DNA from: an uncultured Nitrospiraceae bacterium | GTDB taxonomy: Bacteria > Nitrospirota > Nitrospiria > Nitrospirales > Nitrospiraceae | NCBI GenBank assembly: GCA_963846575.1 | Contig: CAWJWJ010000001.1 | Span: 768,001 to 832,000 of the forward strand | Direction: 5' to 3' | Length of the DNA stretch: 64,000 nt | Shown: piece after piece, positions 1 to 9,161 of the stretch | Layout: every line of letters starts with the position of its first letter | Numbering within the stretch: the stretch's first letter is position 1 | Program-made: the position numbers and the translations under genes | Notes under the pieces: model-generated | The model's input: only the letters and a program-made list of their open reading frames with translations | Told to the model about the DNA's origin: nothing | Database searches by the model: none

Positions 1-178
1 GCGATGCGGGACCGGCTCAAAGAACAGGAAGAGCAGGGTAACGTCGATCCCGCCCTGCAGGTGTCTTGGAATCGACTCCACCAGCGGTCCATTTATTTGA
101 ATTCGGTCGTACTGTTCGGGGGGCTCTGTCTGTTGGGAATCGCGCAGCAATTCTAGCTTCGATGAAGGAGACGAAGAC

Positions 179-658
179 ATGAACAGGCACATCAATTGGT
201 ATCTGGCATTCGGATTTTTGAGCCTCATCCTGATCCAGTCGCCTATGAGAGGACAGGAAATCCTGGCGGCCGGTGAAGCGGCTAATCCGGAATCGCAGGC
301 TCAGCCATCGCGTGGATCCGAAGCGACGATTCCGGATGGTGTGATCGGAGTCTCGCTCCATGTTGGGGCGGAACGAGTGGGCGATACGGCGGTGCTCTAT
401 GTCGCGCACGTGTTGCCCGAAGGCCCGGCGCAACGGGCCGGACTTAAGCAGGGTGATGAGATCACGACGGTGGATGGCGAGCCCGTGACCGGCAAGACGT
501 ATGAACAAGTGGCCTTAATGGTGCGAGGGGCCGCCGGGTCGGTCGTCAAACTCGCCGTCAAGGGAGACGGAGGTTCTCGCGAGGTCTCCGTCACGCGCAC
601 GGCCAGTCAAACGCTCTACAAGGGACAGATGGGATCGCACGGCGGCTCTGCCAAATAG
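179..658 (+). CDS. Exported single-PDZ-domain protein
   Basis: N-terminal hydrophobic signal peptide; GVIGVSL...VAHVLPEGPAQRAGLKQGDEITTVDG is a typical PDZ core; no protease domain; AAGGAG RBS upstream. Confidence 0.85.
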   Translation: MNRHINWYLAFGFLSLILIQSPMRGQEILAAGEAANPESQAQPSRGSEATIPDGVIGVSLHVGAERVGDTAVLYVAHVLPEGPAQRAGLKQGDEITTVDGEPVTGKTYEQVALMVRGAAGSVVKLAVKGDGGSREVSVTRTASQTLYKGQMGSHGGSAK

Positions 659-665
659 GTGGTCT

Positions 666-1190
666 ATGTACAGGATGATCGCAATACTCGGATTATTCGT
701 CGCTCTCGTGGCGGAACCGGCTGCGTACGCCCACGACCGGATGATCCAGACCGCCGGGGTATCCTCCGTTGAGCGGACCAAGGTCTACCTGATGGCCGGC
801 GACTATCGCCGAGCGCTGGAAGCCTGTGAACGGGTCATTCAGGAATTGCCTTCGGTAGAAGGATACCTTCATCTCACATACGTGTATCAAGCCATTGATG
901 CGTATCTGGAGCAATTGTCTCAAGACGAGAGCTGGATGGCGGTTGAACAGTTGTATCTCAATCTGGCCTACCGCCATACGGAGGATCTCGTCGATCCTCC
1001 CGGCGGCCTGGCCCGCATGGCCAAAGAGATGATTCAAACCAGCGTCCGGCAACAATCGGACCTCAGCGCCGCGATGGCGGCTCGTCTGGACAAAGCTGAG
1101 TCCGACCGGCTCTGGCAGGAGCAGACGAAGTGGCGGAAGGCACACCCCACCACGTGGTGGCGAGGTTTTCCTGATCCGTGGGTTCGTTGA
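666..1190 (+). CDS. Exported hypothetical protein with a TPR-like helical motif
   Basis: Signal peptide ending AYA; YLMAGDYRRALEACERVIQELPSVEGYLHLTYVY resembles one TPR; starts 7 nt after the PDZ gene. Confidence 0.7.
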   Translation: MYRMIAILGLFVALVAEPAAYAHDRMIQTAGVSSVERTKVYLMAGDYRRALEACERVIQELPSVEGYLHLTYVYQAIDAYLEQLSQDESWMAVEQLYLNLAYRHTEDLVDPPGGLARMAKEMIQTSVRQQSDLSAAMAARLDKAESDRLWQEQTKWRKAHPTTWWRGFPDPWVR

Positions 1191-1238
1191 TCAGCACGGG
1201 TGCTCAAGCGCAACGGTCTCGGACAAGGAGATCGAACT

Positions 1239-1670
1239 ATGGCCAGACACCGAACTGCAGGCGGTCTCGATATCAAACTGTTCGGAGCACTCTTTCTGCT
1301 CGTGGGACTGATTGATGTGCTCATCATTGAAATGTTCCCGGCCTATGAGCTGAAACTGTTCGGCGCCGCGGTCACGGGCCCGCTGGCCTATGTGGTCAAG
1401 CTGCATTCGCCGGCCGCGCATTTTCTGATCGGCTACGGGTTTCTGTTCCTGCGCCCATGGGCCTGGGGTCTGGCCATCGCCTATGGCGGCTTCGGCCTCA
1501 CGAGCGAATTGATGAACCAGGTTGCGTACGGAGTGCATCCCTTACGAACCGGCTTCATGGCTGCTACCGTGTTGTTCATCTGCTATGTGGCCTGGCGCCG
1601 CAACGTGTTTGTTGATTCCGCTCCCTCGCCCGGGCGCGTGGCCTCTTCATCGCCGGGGGTGCACTCATGA
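1239..1670 (+). CDS. Hypothetical integral membrane protein (about 4 TM helices)
   Basis: AAGGAG RBS before ATG 1239; four hydrophobic segments; stop overlaps the photolyase start (ATGA). Confidence 0.75.
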   Translation: MARHRTAGGLDIKLFGALFLLVGLIDVLIIEMFPAYELKLFGAAVTGPLAYVVKLHSPAAHFLIGYGFLFLRPWAWGLAIAYGGFGLTSELMNQVAYGVHPLRTGFMAATVLFICYVAWRRNVFVDSAPSPGRVASSSPGVHS

Positions 1671-3112
1671 AGGGATTGGTCTGGTTTCGTCGCGACCTCC
1701 GGGTCCGTGACAATTCCGCCCTCTCAGCGGCCTGCGAAGAATGCCGGGAGATTGTCCCTTTGTTTGTATTCGATGAACCGCTGTTACGATCGCATGTATT
1801 CGGGTCGGCGAGCGTCACATTCATGCTGGGCTGTCTCGAGGAACTGAAGGCGTCCCTGGCCGCCCGAGGCCTCACGCTCGCGTGGCGGATCGGCGAGCCG
1901 ATCGACACAGTGCTGCAGACTGCCAAGGATCTCGCGGTCGATGCGGTGTATTGGAACCGTGACTACGAACCGGCCGCGCTGCATCGGGATCGCACGATTC
2001 AGCAGAGGCTGGCGCGCAAGGGTCGCACGGTGCGGACGTTTAAGGACCATGTGGTATTCGAGGCCGAAGAAGTGCGCGGATTGACCGGTGAACCGTTCCA
2101 GCGCTACAGCGCCTACCGTGATCGCTGGTGGGTGAAATGGAAGGCTGCGGCGCCGCCGGTCCTCCCCCTGCCCACGTTCAAGCCGGCGAATCCGGAAGGA
2201 CCGGTCCCGGATTCCCCGCTATGGCCTTCCGCAGCGGACCTCGGCTACCAGTCGGTGCCGATGTGGATCGAGCCCGGTGAACAAGCGGCGCGTGCCCGGC
2301 TGCAGTGGTTCCTGCGTGGACCGATCCATGACTATGTCAGCGGCAGAAACCTTCCGGCGAGCGACGGGACCTCCAGACTGTCTCCGCATTTACGATTCGG
2401 GACGATCTCCGCTCGCACCGCCATTCATGCGGCTCTGACCGCACTCTCGAAAGGCGGTGCGGTGTCACGTGCCGATGTCTACACATGGGTTGACGAACTT
2501 GTCTGGCGAGATTTTTTCCAACAGGTCTTGACCGCCTTTCCCGCCGTCGCCAACGGACCCTTTAAGAAGAAGCCGACCCTTCCCCCATGCCGGCCGGCAG
2601 GATCCGAGCGGGATCGATTATTCGCCGCCTGGTCCCAGGGTCTGACCGGCTATCCGATCGTGGATGCGGGCATGCGGCAGTTGAAGCAGACCGGCTGGAT
2701 GCACAACCGCGTTCGAATGGTCGTCGCCTCATTTCTCGTGAAGGATCTCCGGATCGACTGGCAGAGCGGCGAGCGGTATTTCATGCAGCAGCTTGTCGAC
2801 GGAGACCTGGCGGCGAACAACGGGAACTGGCAATGGTGCGCCTCGACCGGAACGGATGCCATGCAGGGCTACAGGATTTTCAATCCGCGGATTCAAAGCG
2901 AAAAGTTCGATCGAGAGGGCGAATATCTCCGGCGCTATGTACCGGAATTGAACGGCGTTCCGGCGAAATGGATTCATGAGCCGCATCTCATGCCCCGGGA
3001 GGAACAAGCACGGGCCGGATGCCGGATCGGCGAAGAGTACCCCGAACCCATCGTGGATCACCGGCAAGCCCGCCAGGAATACCTTGAACTAGGAAAGCAG
3101 AGGGCGACGTGA
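1667..3112 (+). CDS. phrB: Deoxyribodipyrimidine (CPD class I-type) photolyase
   Basis: VWFRRDLRVRDNSAL, TSRLSPHLRFGTIS, GLTGYPIVDAGMRQL, GWMHNRVRMVVASFL, ANNGNWQW, RIFNP. Confidence 0.95.
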   Translation: MKGLVWFRRDLRVRDNSALSAACEECREIVPLFVFDEPLLRSHVFGSASVTFMLGCLEELKASLAARGLTLAWRIGEPIDTVLQTAKDLAVDAVYWNRDYEPAALHRDRTIQQRLARKGRTVRTFKDHVVFEAEEVRGLTGEPFQRYSAYRDRWWVKWKAAAPPVLPLPTFKPANPEGPVPDSPLWPSAADLGYQSVPMWIEPGEQAARARLQWFLRGPIHDYVSGRNLPASDGTSRLSPHLRFGTISARTAIHAALTALSKGGAVSRADVYTWVDELVWRDFFQQVLTAFPAVANGPFKKKPTLPPCRPAGSERDRLFAAWSQGLTGYPIVDAGMRQLKQTGWMHNRVRMVVASFLVKDLRIDWQSGERYFMQQLVDGDLAANNGNWQWCASTGTDAMQGYRIFNPRIQSEKFDREGEYLRRYVPELNGVPAKWIHEPHLMPREEQARAGCRIGEEYPEPIVDHRQARQEYLELGKQRAT

Positions 3113-4065
3113 TGACGAACAGTCCCCTCCGTCTTGGCATCAGCCGTTGCCTGCTCGGGGAAGAAGTTCGGTTCGATGGCGGGCACAAGCGGGATGCTTT
3201 TCTGACGAATCTCCTGGGCCGGTACGTCGAGTGGGTGCCGGTCTGTCCGGAAGTCGAGGCCGGGCTGGGCACTCCTCGTGAAGCGATGCGGCTGGTTGGT
3301 AGCCCGGCCGAGCCCCGGCTGTTGACCATCAAGAGCGGACGAGATCACACCCGGGCGTTGGAAGCGATGACGGCCGCACGACTTCCTGAACTGGAGGAGT
3401 TGGACTTGTCCGGCTACGTGTTCAAGAAGGACTCTCCGAGCTGCGGCATCGAACGGGTTCGCATTTACAATGAACAGGGCATGCCGGGACGGAACGGAAT
3501 CGGACTATTTGCACGAGCCTACATGCAGCGATTTCCGATGATTCCGGTGGAGGAGGAAGGAAGGCTCTGCGATCCGCCGCTTCGGGAGAATTTCATTGAG
3601 CGGGTATTCTGTTATCGCCGGTGGCGCGATCTGAGTCAGAGTGGCGTGACCCGGCAGGCGGTGGTGCACTTCCACACGATCCATAAATACCTCCTGCTCG
3701 CCCATGATGCCCAGCGATATCGCCTCCTCGGACGGCTGGTGGCCGCGGCGAATGAGTATCGACCCAAGGATCTGGCGTTACGCTATGGCGAACTCTTCAT
3801 GCAGGCGTTGGCTGTGAAGGCGACCGTACGCAAGCACGTGAATGTGCTCCAGCATATCCTGGGATATTTCAAAGAGCGTCTGGCCCAGCAGGAGAGGGCT
3901 GAACTGATGAGCGTCATCGACGATTACCACCAGGGGCTCACGCCTCTGATCGTTCCTCTGACCTTGATCAAACACTATGTACAGATCTTTGACGTAGCCT
4001 ATATCCGGGATCAGGTCTATCTGAATCCCCATCCGAAGGAACTGATGCTCCGGAATCATGTATAG
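3109..4065 (+). CDS. ybgA: YbgA-family DUF523 (TudS-like Fe-S desulfidase) + DUF1722 fusion, RudS-like
   Basis: ISRCLLGEEVRFDGGHK, VPVCPEVEAGLGTPRE and KKDSPSCG give the three Fe-S Cys; C-terminal FHTIHKYLLLAH...NVLQHILGYFK...YLNPHP is DUF1722; overlaps phrB stop. Confidence 0.92.
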   Translation: MMTNSPLRLGISRCLLGEEVRFDGGHKRDAFLTNLLGRYVEWVPVCPEVEAGLGTPREAMRLVGSPAEPRLLTIKSGRDHTRALEAMTAARLPELEELDLSGYVFKKDSPSCGIERVRIYNEQGMPGRNGIGLFARAYMQRFPMIPVEEEGRLCDPPLRENFIERVFCYRRWRDLSQSGVTRQAVVHFHTIHKYLLLAHDAQRYRLLGRLVAAANEYRPKDLALRYGELFMQALAVKATVRKHVNVLQHILGYFKERLAQQERAELMSVIDDYHQGLTPLIVPLTLIKHYVQIFDVAYIRDQVYLNPHPKELMLRNHV

Positions 4066-4207
4066 CGCGGAGGGCCAGGTCATCGAGGCTTGCCTCGAAC
4101 ATGAAGCGGGTGTCGCAGGGAAAACATCAACCAGCAGGTTTGCAGGAAATCCGAAGGTCCCGGGTTGAGAGGGATCGAACAGGACAGGTAGCAAGGAGGA
4201 GTGGGCG

Positions 4208-4717
4208 ATGTCGACAAAAACAAGAGGCGTGATTTTGGTTGGCCATGGTGGAATCCCGAAGGACTGCCCACAGGACCTCGTGACGCGATTGAAACGGCTG
4301 GAAGCCCAACGCAGGGCCGCCAAGCTCCCACCCACGCCGGAAGAAAACGAATTAGACGCGAAGATCCGGCGATGGCCGCGGACCGCCGTGACGGAGCCCT
4401 ATCAAGCGGGTCTTGAAACCGTGGCGGCGCGACTCCGGACTCAATTGAATGGTGCGCTGTTTGCCGTTGCCTATAACGAGTTTTGCGCTCCGACTCTCGA
4501 AGAGGCGGTGGAGGATCTGGTGAAGCAAGGGGCGACGGACATTACGGTCACGACCACCATGTTTACCCCGGGCGGGTCGCATTCCGAGATCGAGATTCCG
4601 GAGATTCTCGAACAGCTTCAGAAACGGTACCCGTCCATCGACCTCCGTTATGCCTGGCCGTTTGATCTGGACCTCGTCGCAACCACTTTGGCTGAACAGA
4701 TCAAGCGATTTGCCTGA
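4208..4717 (+). CDS. cbiX: Small CbiX/SirB-type (class II) tetrapyrrole chelatase
   Basis: VILVGHGG, AYNEFCAPTLEEAV and TMFTPGGSHSEIEIP carry the two metal-binding His; AAGGAGG RBS. Confidence 0.8.
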   Translation: MSTKTRGVILVGHGGIPKDCPQDLVTRLKRLEAQRRAAKLPPTPEENELDAKIRRWPRTAVTEPYQAGLETVAARLRTQLNGALFAVAYNEFCAPTLEEAVEDLVKQGATDITVTTTMFTPGGSHSEIEIPEILEQLQKRYPSIDLRYAWPFDLDLVATTLAEQIKRFA

Positions 4718-4852
4718 CCGGGTCGTGGCAAGGATGCCGCTCTCTAGTTCGCCTGGAGAGATGCGAGGCAGATGGGGCGATGCATCGGGGCCTGGTCAGG
4801 AATCCGTCCGGGTTTTCCCCTCGTAGTAGTAAACATAGGGAAGGAGTCCGTG

Positions 4853-5046
4853 ATGCACCCGGTGATCGAGCGATTTAAACAGATGTATCACCGATTGTTG
4901 CCCGGTCTGTGGGATTGTTGAGCGAGCGGTACGGCGACGACAGCGAGGCTGTCTACCAGCGGGACTAGTTCGATGCCGGTGGGATGTTGTACGAGCAGCT
5001 TCCGTTCAGCGGGTCGGTCATCGGGATCATCAGGGGCGAGTGTGAG
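4853..5046 (+). pseudogene. Decayed SnoaL/NTF2-like gene that usually precedes the SDR-amine oxidase-DUF1365-cfa operon
   Basis: AAGGAG RBS, then MHPVIERFKQMYHRL; frameshift to GLLSERYGDD; then directly VYQRD*FDAGGMLYEQLPFSGSVIGII (family C-terminus, TAG at 4966-4968); the central part is missing. Confidence 0.7.
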
Positions 5047-5048
5047 CC

Positions 5049-5819
5049 ATGCGGCGACTGCACGTAAAAGACCGTCGGGTCTGGGTCACGGGGGCCTCGG
5101 CCGGCATTGGCCGCGCGGTGAGTGTTGAACTGGTTCGTCGGGGGGCGAGGGTCATCGCCTCGGCGCGGAACGACGGAGCCCTTGCCGGGCTTGCCCGGGA
5201 ATGCGGTGACGATCGTGTCATCGCCCTTCCACTCGATGTGACGGACCGACAGGCCAACCAGCGCGCGGTGGATGAGATTCGCCGACGATGGGGCACTCTG
5301 GATATTGCCTTCTTGAACGCCGGTACCTGCGAGTATGTCGATGTCGCGACCTTTGATTGCGCACCCTTCGAACGCACGATGCGCACGAACTTCCTGAGCA
5401 TGGTGTATGGCATCGAGGCCGTACTACCGCTGCTGCGGCAGTCACCGTCCGCCCAGTTGGTGGGAATGAGCAGTACGGTCGCCTATGGCGGCCTGCCACG
5501 CTCCGAAGCCTACGGTGCGTCGAAGGCGGCCATCAAACATTTGTTCGAATCCCTGCAAGCCGATCTGTTCCCCGAAGGTATCAGCGTCTCCGTCGTCTGT
5601 CCGGGTTTCGTGCGTACCGCGTTAACCGACCGGAACGACTTTCCGATGCCCTTTCGCATCGAGGCCGAGGAGGCAGCTCGGCGGATCGTGGACGGGATCG
5701 AGCGCAGGCAGCCGGAGATTCATTTTCCCAAGCGATTCAGCCTGCCCTTCAAGCTGCTGACGCTGCTCCCGAGCCGGCTCTACATGCGATTGCTCTCAAC
5801 GATGGTGACGCAGCCATGA
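5049..5819 (+). CDS. Short-chain dehydrogenase/reductase
   Basis: VWVTGASAGIG Rossmann motif, LNAG, catalytic YGASK. Confidence 0.93.
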   Translation: MRRLHVKDRRVWVTGASAGIGRAVSVELVRRGARVIASARNDGALAGLARECGDDRVIALPLDVTDRQANQRAVDEIRRRWGTLDIAFLNAGTCEYVDVATFDCAPFERTMRTNFLSMVYGIEAVLPLLRQSPSAQLVGMSSTVAYGGLPRSEAYGASKAAIKHLFESLQADLFPEGISVSVVCPGFVRTALTDRNDFPMPFRIEAEEAARRIVDGIERRQPEIHFPKRFSLPFKLLTLLPSRLYMRLLSTMVTQP

Positions 5820-7075
5820 GAATTGCCATCATAGGAACCGGTATTGCGGGACTGACCGCGGCCCATCTGCTGCACCAGGCGCATGACCTCACCGTCTTCG
5901 AAGCAGGGGATTATATCGGGGGGCACACACATACGCTCGACGTTGAACATCAGGGACACACCTATGCGCTGGATACCGGGTTTATCGTGTTTAACGACTG
6001 GACCTACCCCAATTTCATTGCCCTGCTGGACCGCCTCCAGGTGGCGTCACAGCCGAGCGACATGAGTTTCAGTGTCCGTTGTGAACGGACCGGCCTGGAG
6101 TACAACGGCGCCACCCTGAACCGGCTGTTTGCTCAGCGACGTAATCTGTTGCGGCCGTCGTTTTATCGCATGATCCGGGACATCCTCCGCTTCAACCGGG
6201 AGTCGCTCGAACTCCTCGACGACCCTGGGACGGGACCGTCGCTGGGTACGTACTTGGAGCGGAACCGATATTCCCAGGCGTTTATCCAACACTACATTGT
6301 TCCGATGGGGGGGGCGATCTGGTCGGCCGGCCATGCCACGATGTGGGAGTTTCCCGCGCGGTATCTCGTCCAGTTTTTTAAGAACCACGGCATGTTATCG
6401 GTCAATGAACGACCGACGTGGCGAGTGGTCACGGGCGGCTCGCAACGGTATGTGGAAAAACTGGTGCGTCCGTTCCGTGATCGCATCCGACTGCAGTCTC
6501 CAGTGGAATCTATCAGCCGGGGTCCCGGTTGGGTTGAGGTGCGGGGACGTGACTGCGGCGGAAGCTATCGTACCGAACAATTCGACGGAGTCATTCTGGC
6601 CTGCCATAGCGATCAGGCGCTCGGACTCCTGGCCGACCCCTCACCGTTGGAAAAGGATATTCTGGGAGCCATTCCCTATCAGCAAAACGAGGCGGTCCTG
6701 CATACCGATCGTTCGCTCCTGCCGAGGCGTCGCCTCGCCTGGGCCTCCTGGAATTATCATCTGTCAGCCGTCCGGCCGGACCACGCGCTCGTGACGTACC
6801 ACCTGAATCAACTCCAGGGACTGTCGGCGTCCTGCGAATTCTGCGTCACTCTGAATCACACCGATACGATCGATCCGTCGGCGATCCTGAAACGGCTCAT
6901 CTATCACCATCCTCGCTACACCCCCGAGGCGATTGCCGCTCAACGACGGCATGGCGAAATCAACGGGAAGAACCGAACCTTTTACTGCGGTGCCTACTGG
7001 GGGTTTGGATTTCACGAAGACGGCATCACGAGTGCCATGGCGGCTTGCCGGAATCTGACGACGGTGGGCGCATGA
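5816..7075 (+). CDS. FAD-dependent oxidoreductase (amine-oxidase-like, UfaD-like)
   Basis: MRIAIIGTGIAGLTAA, FEAGDYIGGHTHT, DTGFIVFNDWTYPN, CGAYWGFGFHEDG; ATG 5816 overlaps the SDR stop. Confidence 0.92.
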   Translation: MRIAIIGTGIAGLTAAHLLHQAHDLTVFEAGDYIGGHTHTLDVEHQGHTYALDTGFIVFNDWTYPNFIALLDRLQVASQPSDMSFSVRCERTGLEYNGATLNRLFAQRRNLLRPSFYRMIRDILRFNRESLELLDDPGTGPSLGTYLERNRYSQAFIQHYIVPMGGAIWSAGHATMWEFPARYLVQFFKNHGMLSVNERPTWRVVTGGSQRYVEKLVRPFRDRIRLQSPVESISRGPGWVEVRGRDCGGSYRTEQFDGVILACHSDQALGLLADPSPLEKDILGAIPYQQNEAVLHTDRSLLPRRRLAWASWNYHLSAVRPDHALVTYHLNQLQGLSASCEFCVTLNHTDTIDPSAILKRLIYHHPRYTPEAIAAQRRHGEINGKNRTFYCGAYWGFGFHEDGITSAMAACRNLTTVGA

Positions 7076-7857
7076 AGAGCTGTGTCTATGAGGGGACCAT
7101 AAGGCACCGACGGACCGCGCCCATTCACCACGCGTTCCAATACCGAATCTTTATGATGTATCTCGATCTCGCCGAGCTGCCTACTGTGTTCCGGGGGCGA
7201 TATCTCTGGTCCGCGCACCGCCCCAATGTGGCCTGGTTCAGCCAGGCCGACCATCTCGGGACCCTGCTATTCCCATTGGACCGCAACGTCCGCGACCTCG
7301 TCGAGCTGAAAACCGGTCGGCGGCCAGCCGGTCCCATCCGTCTCCTGACGCATCTTCGGTACTTCGGGTACGGATTCAATCCGGTGAGTTTCTATTTTTG
7401 TTTCGACCCGCTCGATCAGCACGTGGAAACCATTGTTGCCGAAGTGAGCAATACGCCCTGGGGCGAACAACATTGCTATGTATTGGGAGCGGCCTTGGAC
7501 GAAGGCACCGGACGTCGTCACCGCTATCGCTTTGACAAGCAATTCCATGTGTCCCCTTTCATGGGCATGGACGTGGATTACGATTGGCGATTCGGGACGC
7601 CGGGCGCCGGACTGGGAATCCATATGGAAAATTTACAGGACGGGAGGCGGTTTTTCGACGCCACCATGATCCTGCGCCGTAAGGAGATCACGGGGCCCTC
7701 CCTCGCCCGGGTCCTGGTCCAGTATCCGATGATGACCCTGCGGGTCATCGCAGCCATTCACTGGCAAGCGTTGCGGTTGTGGCTCAAACGTTGTCCCTAC
7801 GTGCCCCATCCCAGCAGGCACAGGCCCACTATTCGCCCAGGGAGGATTTCCGGATGA
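7072..7857 (+). CDS. DUF1365 family protein (UfaO-like)
   Basis: YEGTIRHRR, LRYFGYGFNPVSFYFC, AEVSNTPWGEQH, KQFHVSPFM, IHWQALRLWLK; coupled to both neighbours. Confidence 0.92.
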   Translation: MKSCVYEGTIRHRRTAPIHHAFQYRIFMMYLDLAELPTVFRGRYLWSAHRPNVAWFSQADHLGTLLFPLDRNVRDLVELKTGRRPAGPIRLLTHLRYFGYGFNPVSFYFCFDPLDQHVETIVAEVSNTPWGEQHCYVLGAALDEGTGRRHRYRFDKQFHVSPFMGMDVDYDWRFGTPGAGLGIHMENLQDGRRFFDATMILRRKEITGPSLARVLVQYPMMTLRVIAAIHWQALRLWLKRCPYVPHPSRHRPTIRPGRISG

Positions 7858-9161
7858 ACGACCTTGTGTCTGCCGAATGCCCTTCAAGGCTTGAAGATCG
7901 TCAGGTCACGGATGCCGCGAGTGAGCGTCGGCCAAGCCTGTCGATCACACTCGCGCGATCCCTGGTCTTTGCCCGCTTGCGACGGATCAGCCAGGGAACG
8001 ATGACGGTCGTCGAGGGCGAGCGTCGTACGGTCTTCGGGGACCCTTCCTTATCTTCCGCGCTCCGGCCGACTGTGATGATTCAGGATCCGCGCTGTTATG
8101 TGGACATAGCCTGGAGCGGGACTGTCGGAGCAGGGGGGAGTTACGCGCGTGGCGCCTGGCAGTGCGACGATCTCACGGCACTCATCCGATTGTTCGTCCT
8201 AAATCGGCAGCTGGTGGACGGCATGGAACGAGGGCTGGCTCGACTCTCCGCCCCGTTCTTCAGAGCCGTTCACCGACTGAGCCGGAATACCAAGGCAGGC
8301 AGCCGGCAGAACATTGCGGCCCACTACGATCTCAGCAATGAGTTTTTTTCGCTCATGCTGGACGGTGCCATGATGTATTCCTGCGCGTATTTCCAGCGTC
8401 CCGACAGTACGTTGGAGGAAGCTTCGCGCGCAAAGCTTGACTTGATCTGCCGGAAGCTTCACTTGGCCAGCCGTGATCATCTGCTGGAAATCGGGTCGGG
8501 GTGGGGCGGTCTGGCTTGCCATGCCGCTGAGACCTACCGCTGCCGTGTGACGACCACGACCATTTCACGGGCGCAGTACGACAGGGCTGTGCGTCGGGTT
8601 CGAGAGGCAGGGCTCTCCGATCGTGTCCAGGTGCTGTTGACCGACTATCGGGATCTGCCCGCTTTGGGTATCCAGTTCGATAAGCTGGTGTCCGTAGAAA
8701 TGATCGAGGCCGTGGGACATGAATACTACAACACCTTCTTCGAAACGTGCAGTCGATTGCTCAAGGCTGACGGGCTCATGCTTCTGCAAACCATCACCAT
8801 TGATGAACGGTACTATGAACGGGCGAAGAAATCGGTCGACTTTATCCAGCGCTTCATTTTTCCCGGTAGTTGCATCCCGTCAGTGAACACCTTGTGTCTT
8901 GCCATGGCGAAGGCCTCGGATTTAAGCCTGTTGCATCTTCACGACATCGGCGCGCACTACCCCCCCACATTACGGAGCTGGCGCCACAATATCCGACGGA
9001 ATCTGAAACAGGTGCGGCAGCTTGGACTCGGTCCCGAGTTTCTTCGCTTGTGGGAATTCTATCTTTCCTACTGCGAGGGAGGCTTTCTGGAGCGATCGAT
9101 TTCGACGGCTCACCTGCTATGTGCCAAGTCTGGTTGGCGTCAGAATTTGCTGCCAGGATAA
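7854..9161 (+). CDS. cfa: SAM-dependent cyclopropane/methyl fatty-acyl-phospholipid synthase (Cfa/UfaM-like)
   Basis: NIAAHYDLSNEFF, MMYSCAYF, LLEIGSGWG, SVEMIEAVG, FIQRFIFPG, RLWEFYLSYCEGGF. Confidence 0.93.
   Translation: MNDLVSAECPSRLEDRQVTDAASERRPSLSITLARSLVFARLRRISQGTMTVVEGERRTVFGDPSLSSALRPTVMIQDPRCYVDIAWSGTVGAGGSYARGAWQCDDLTALIRLFVLNRQLVDGMERGLARLSAPFFRAVHRLSRNTKAGSRQNIAAHYDLSNEFFSLMLDGAMMYSCAYFQRPDSTLEEASRAKLDLICRKLHLASRDHLLEIGSGWGGLACHAAETYRCRVTTTTISRAQYDRAVRRVREAGLSDRVQVLLTDYRDLPALGIQFDKLVSVEMIEAVGHEYYNTFFETCSRLLKADGLMLLQTITIDERYYERAKKSVDFIQRFIFPGSCIPSVNTLCLAMAKASDLSLLHLHDIGAHYPPTLRSWRHNIRRNLKQVRQLGLGPEFLRLWEFYLSYCEGGFLERSISTAHLLCAKSGWRQNLLPG

Noticed and set aside
5357..5815. N-terminal extension of the 572-aa ORF
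   Set aside because: It overlaps the SDR gene in another frame; the Rossmann motif begins at the coupled ATG 5816
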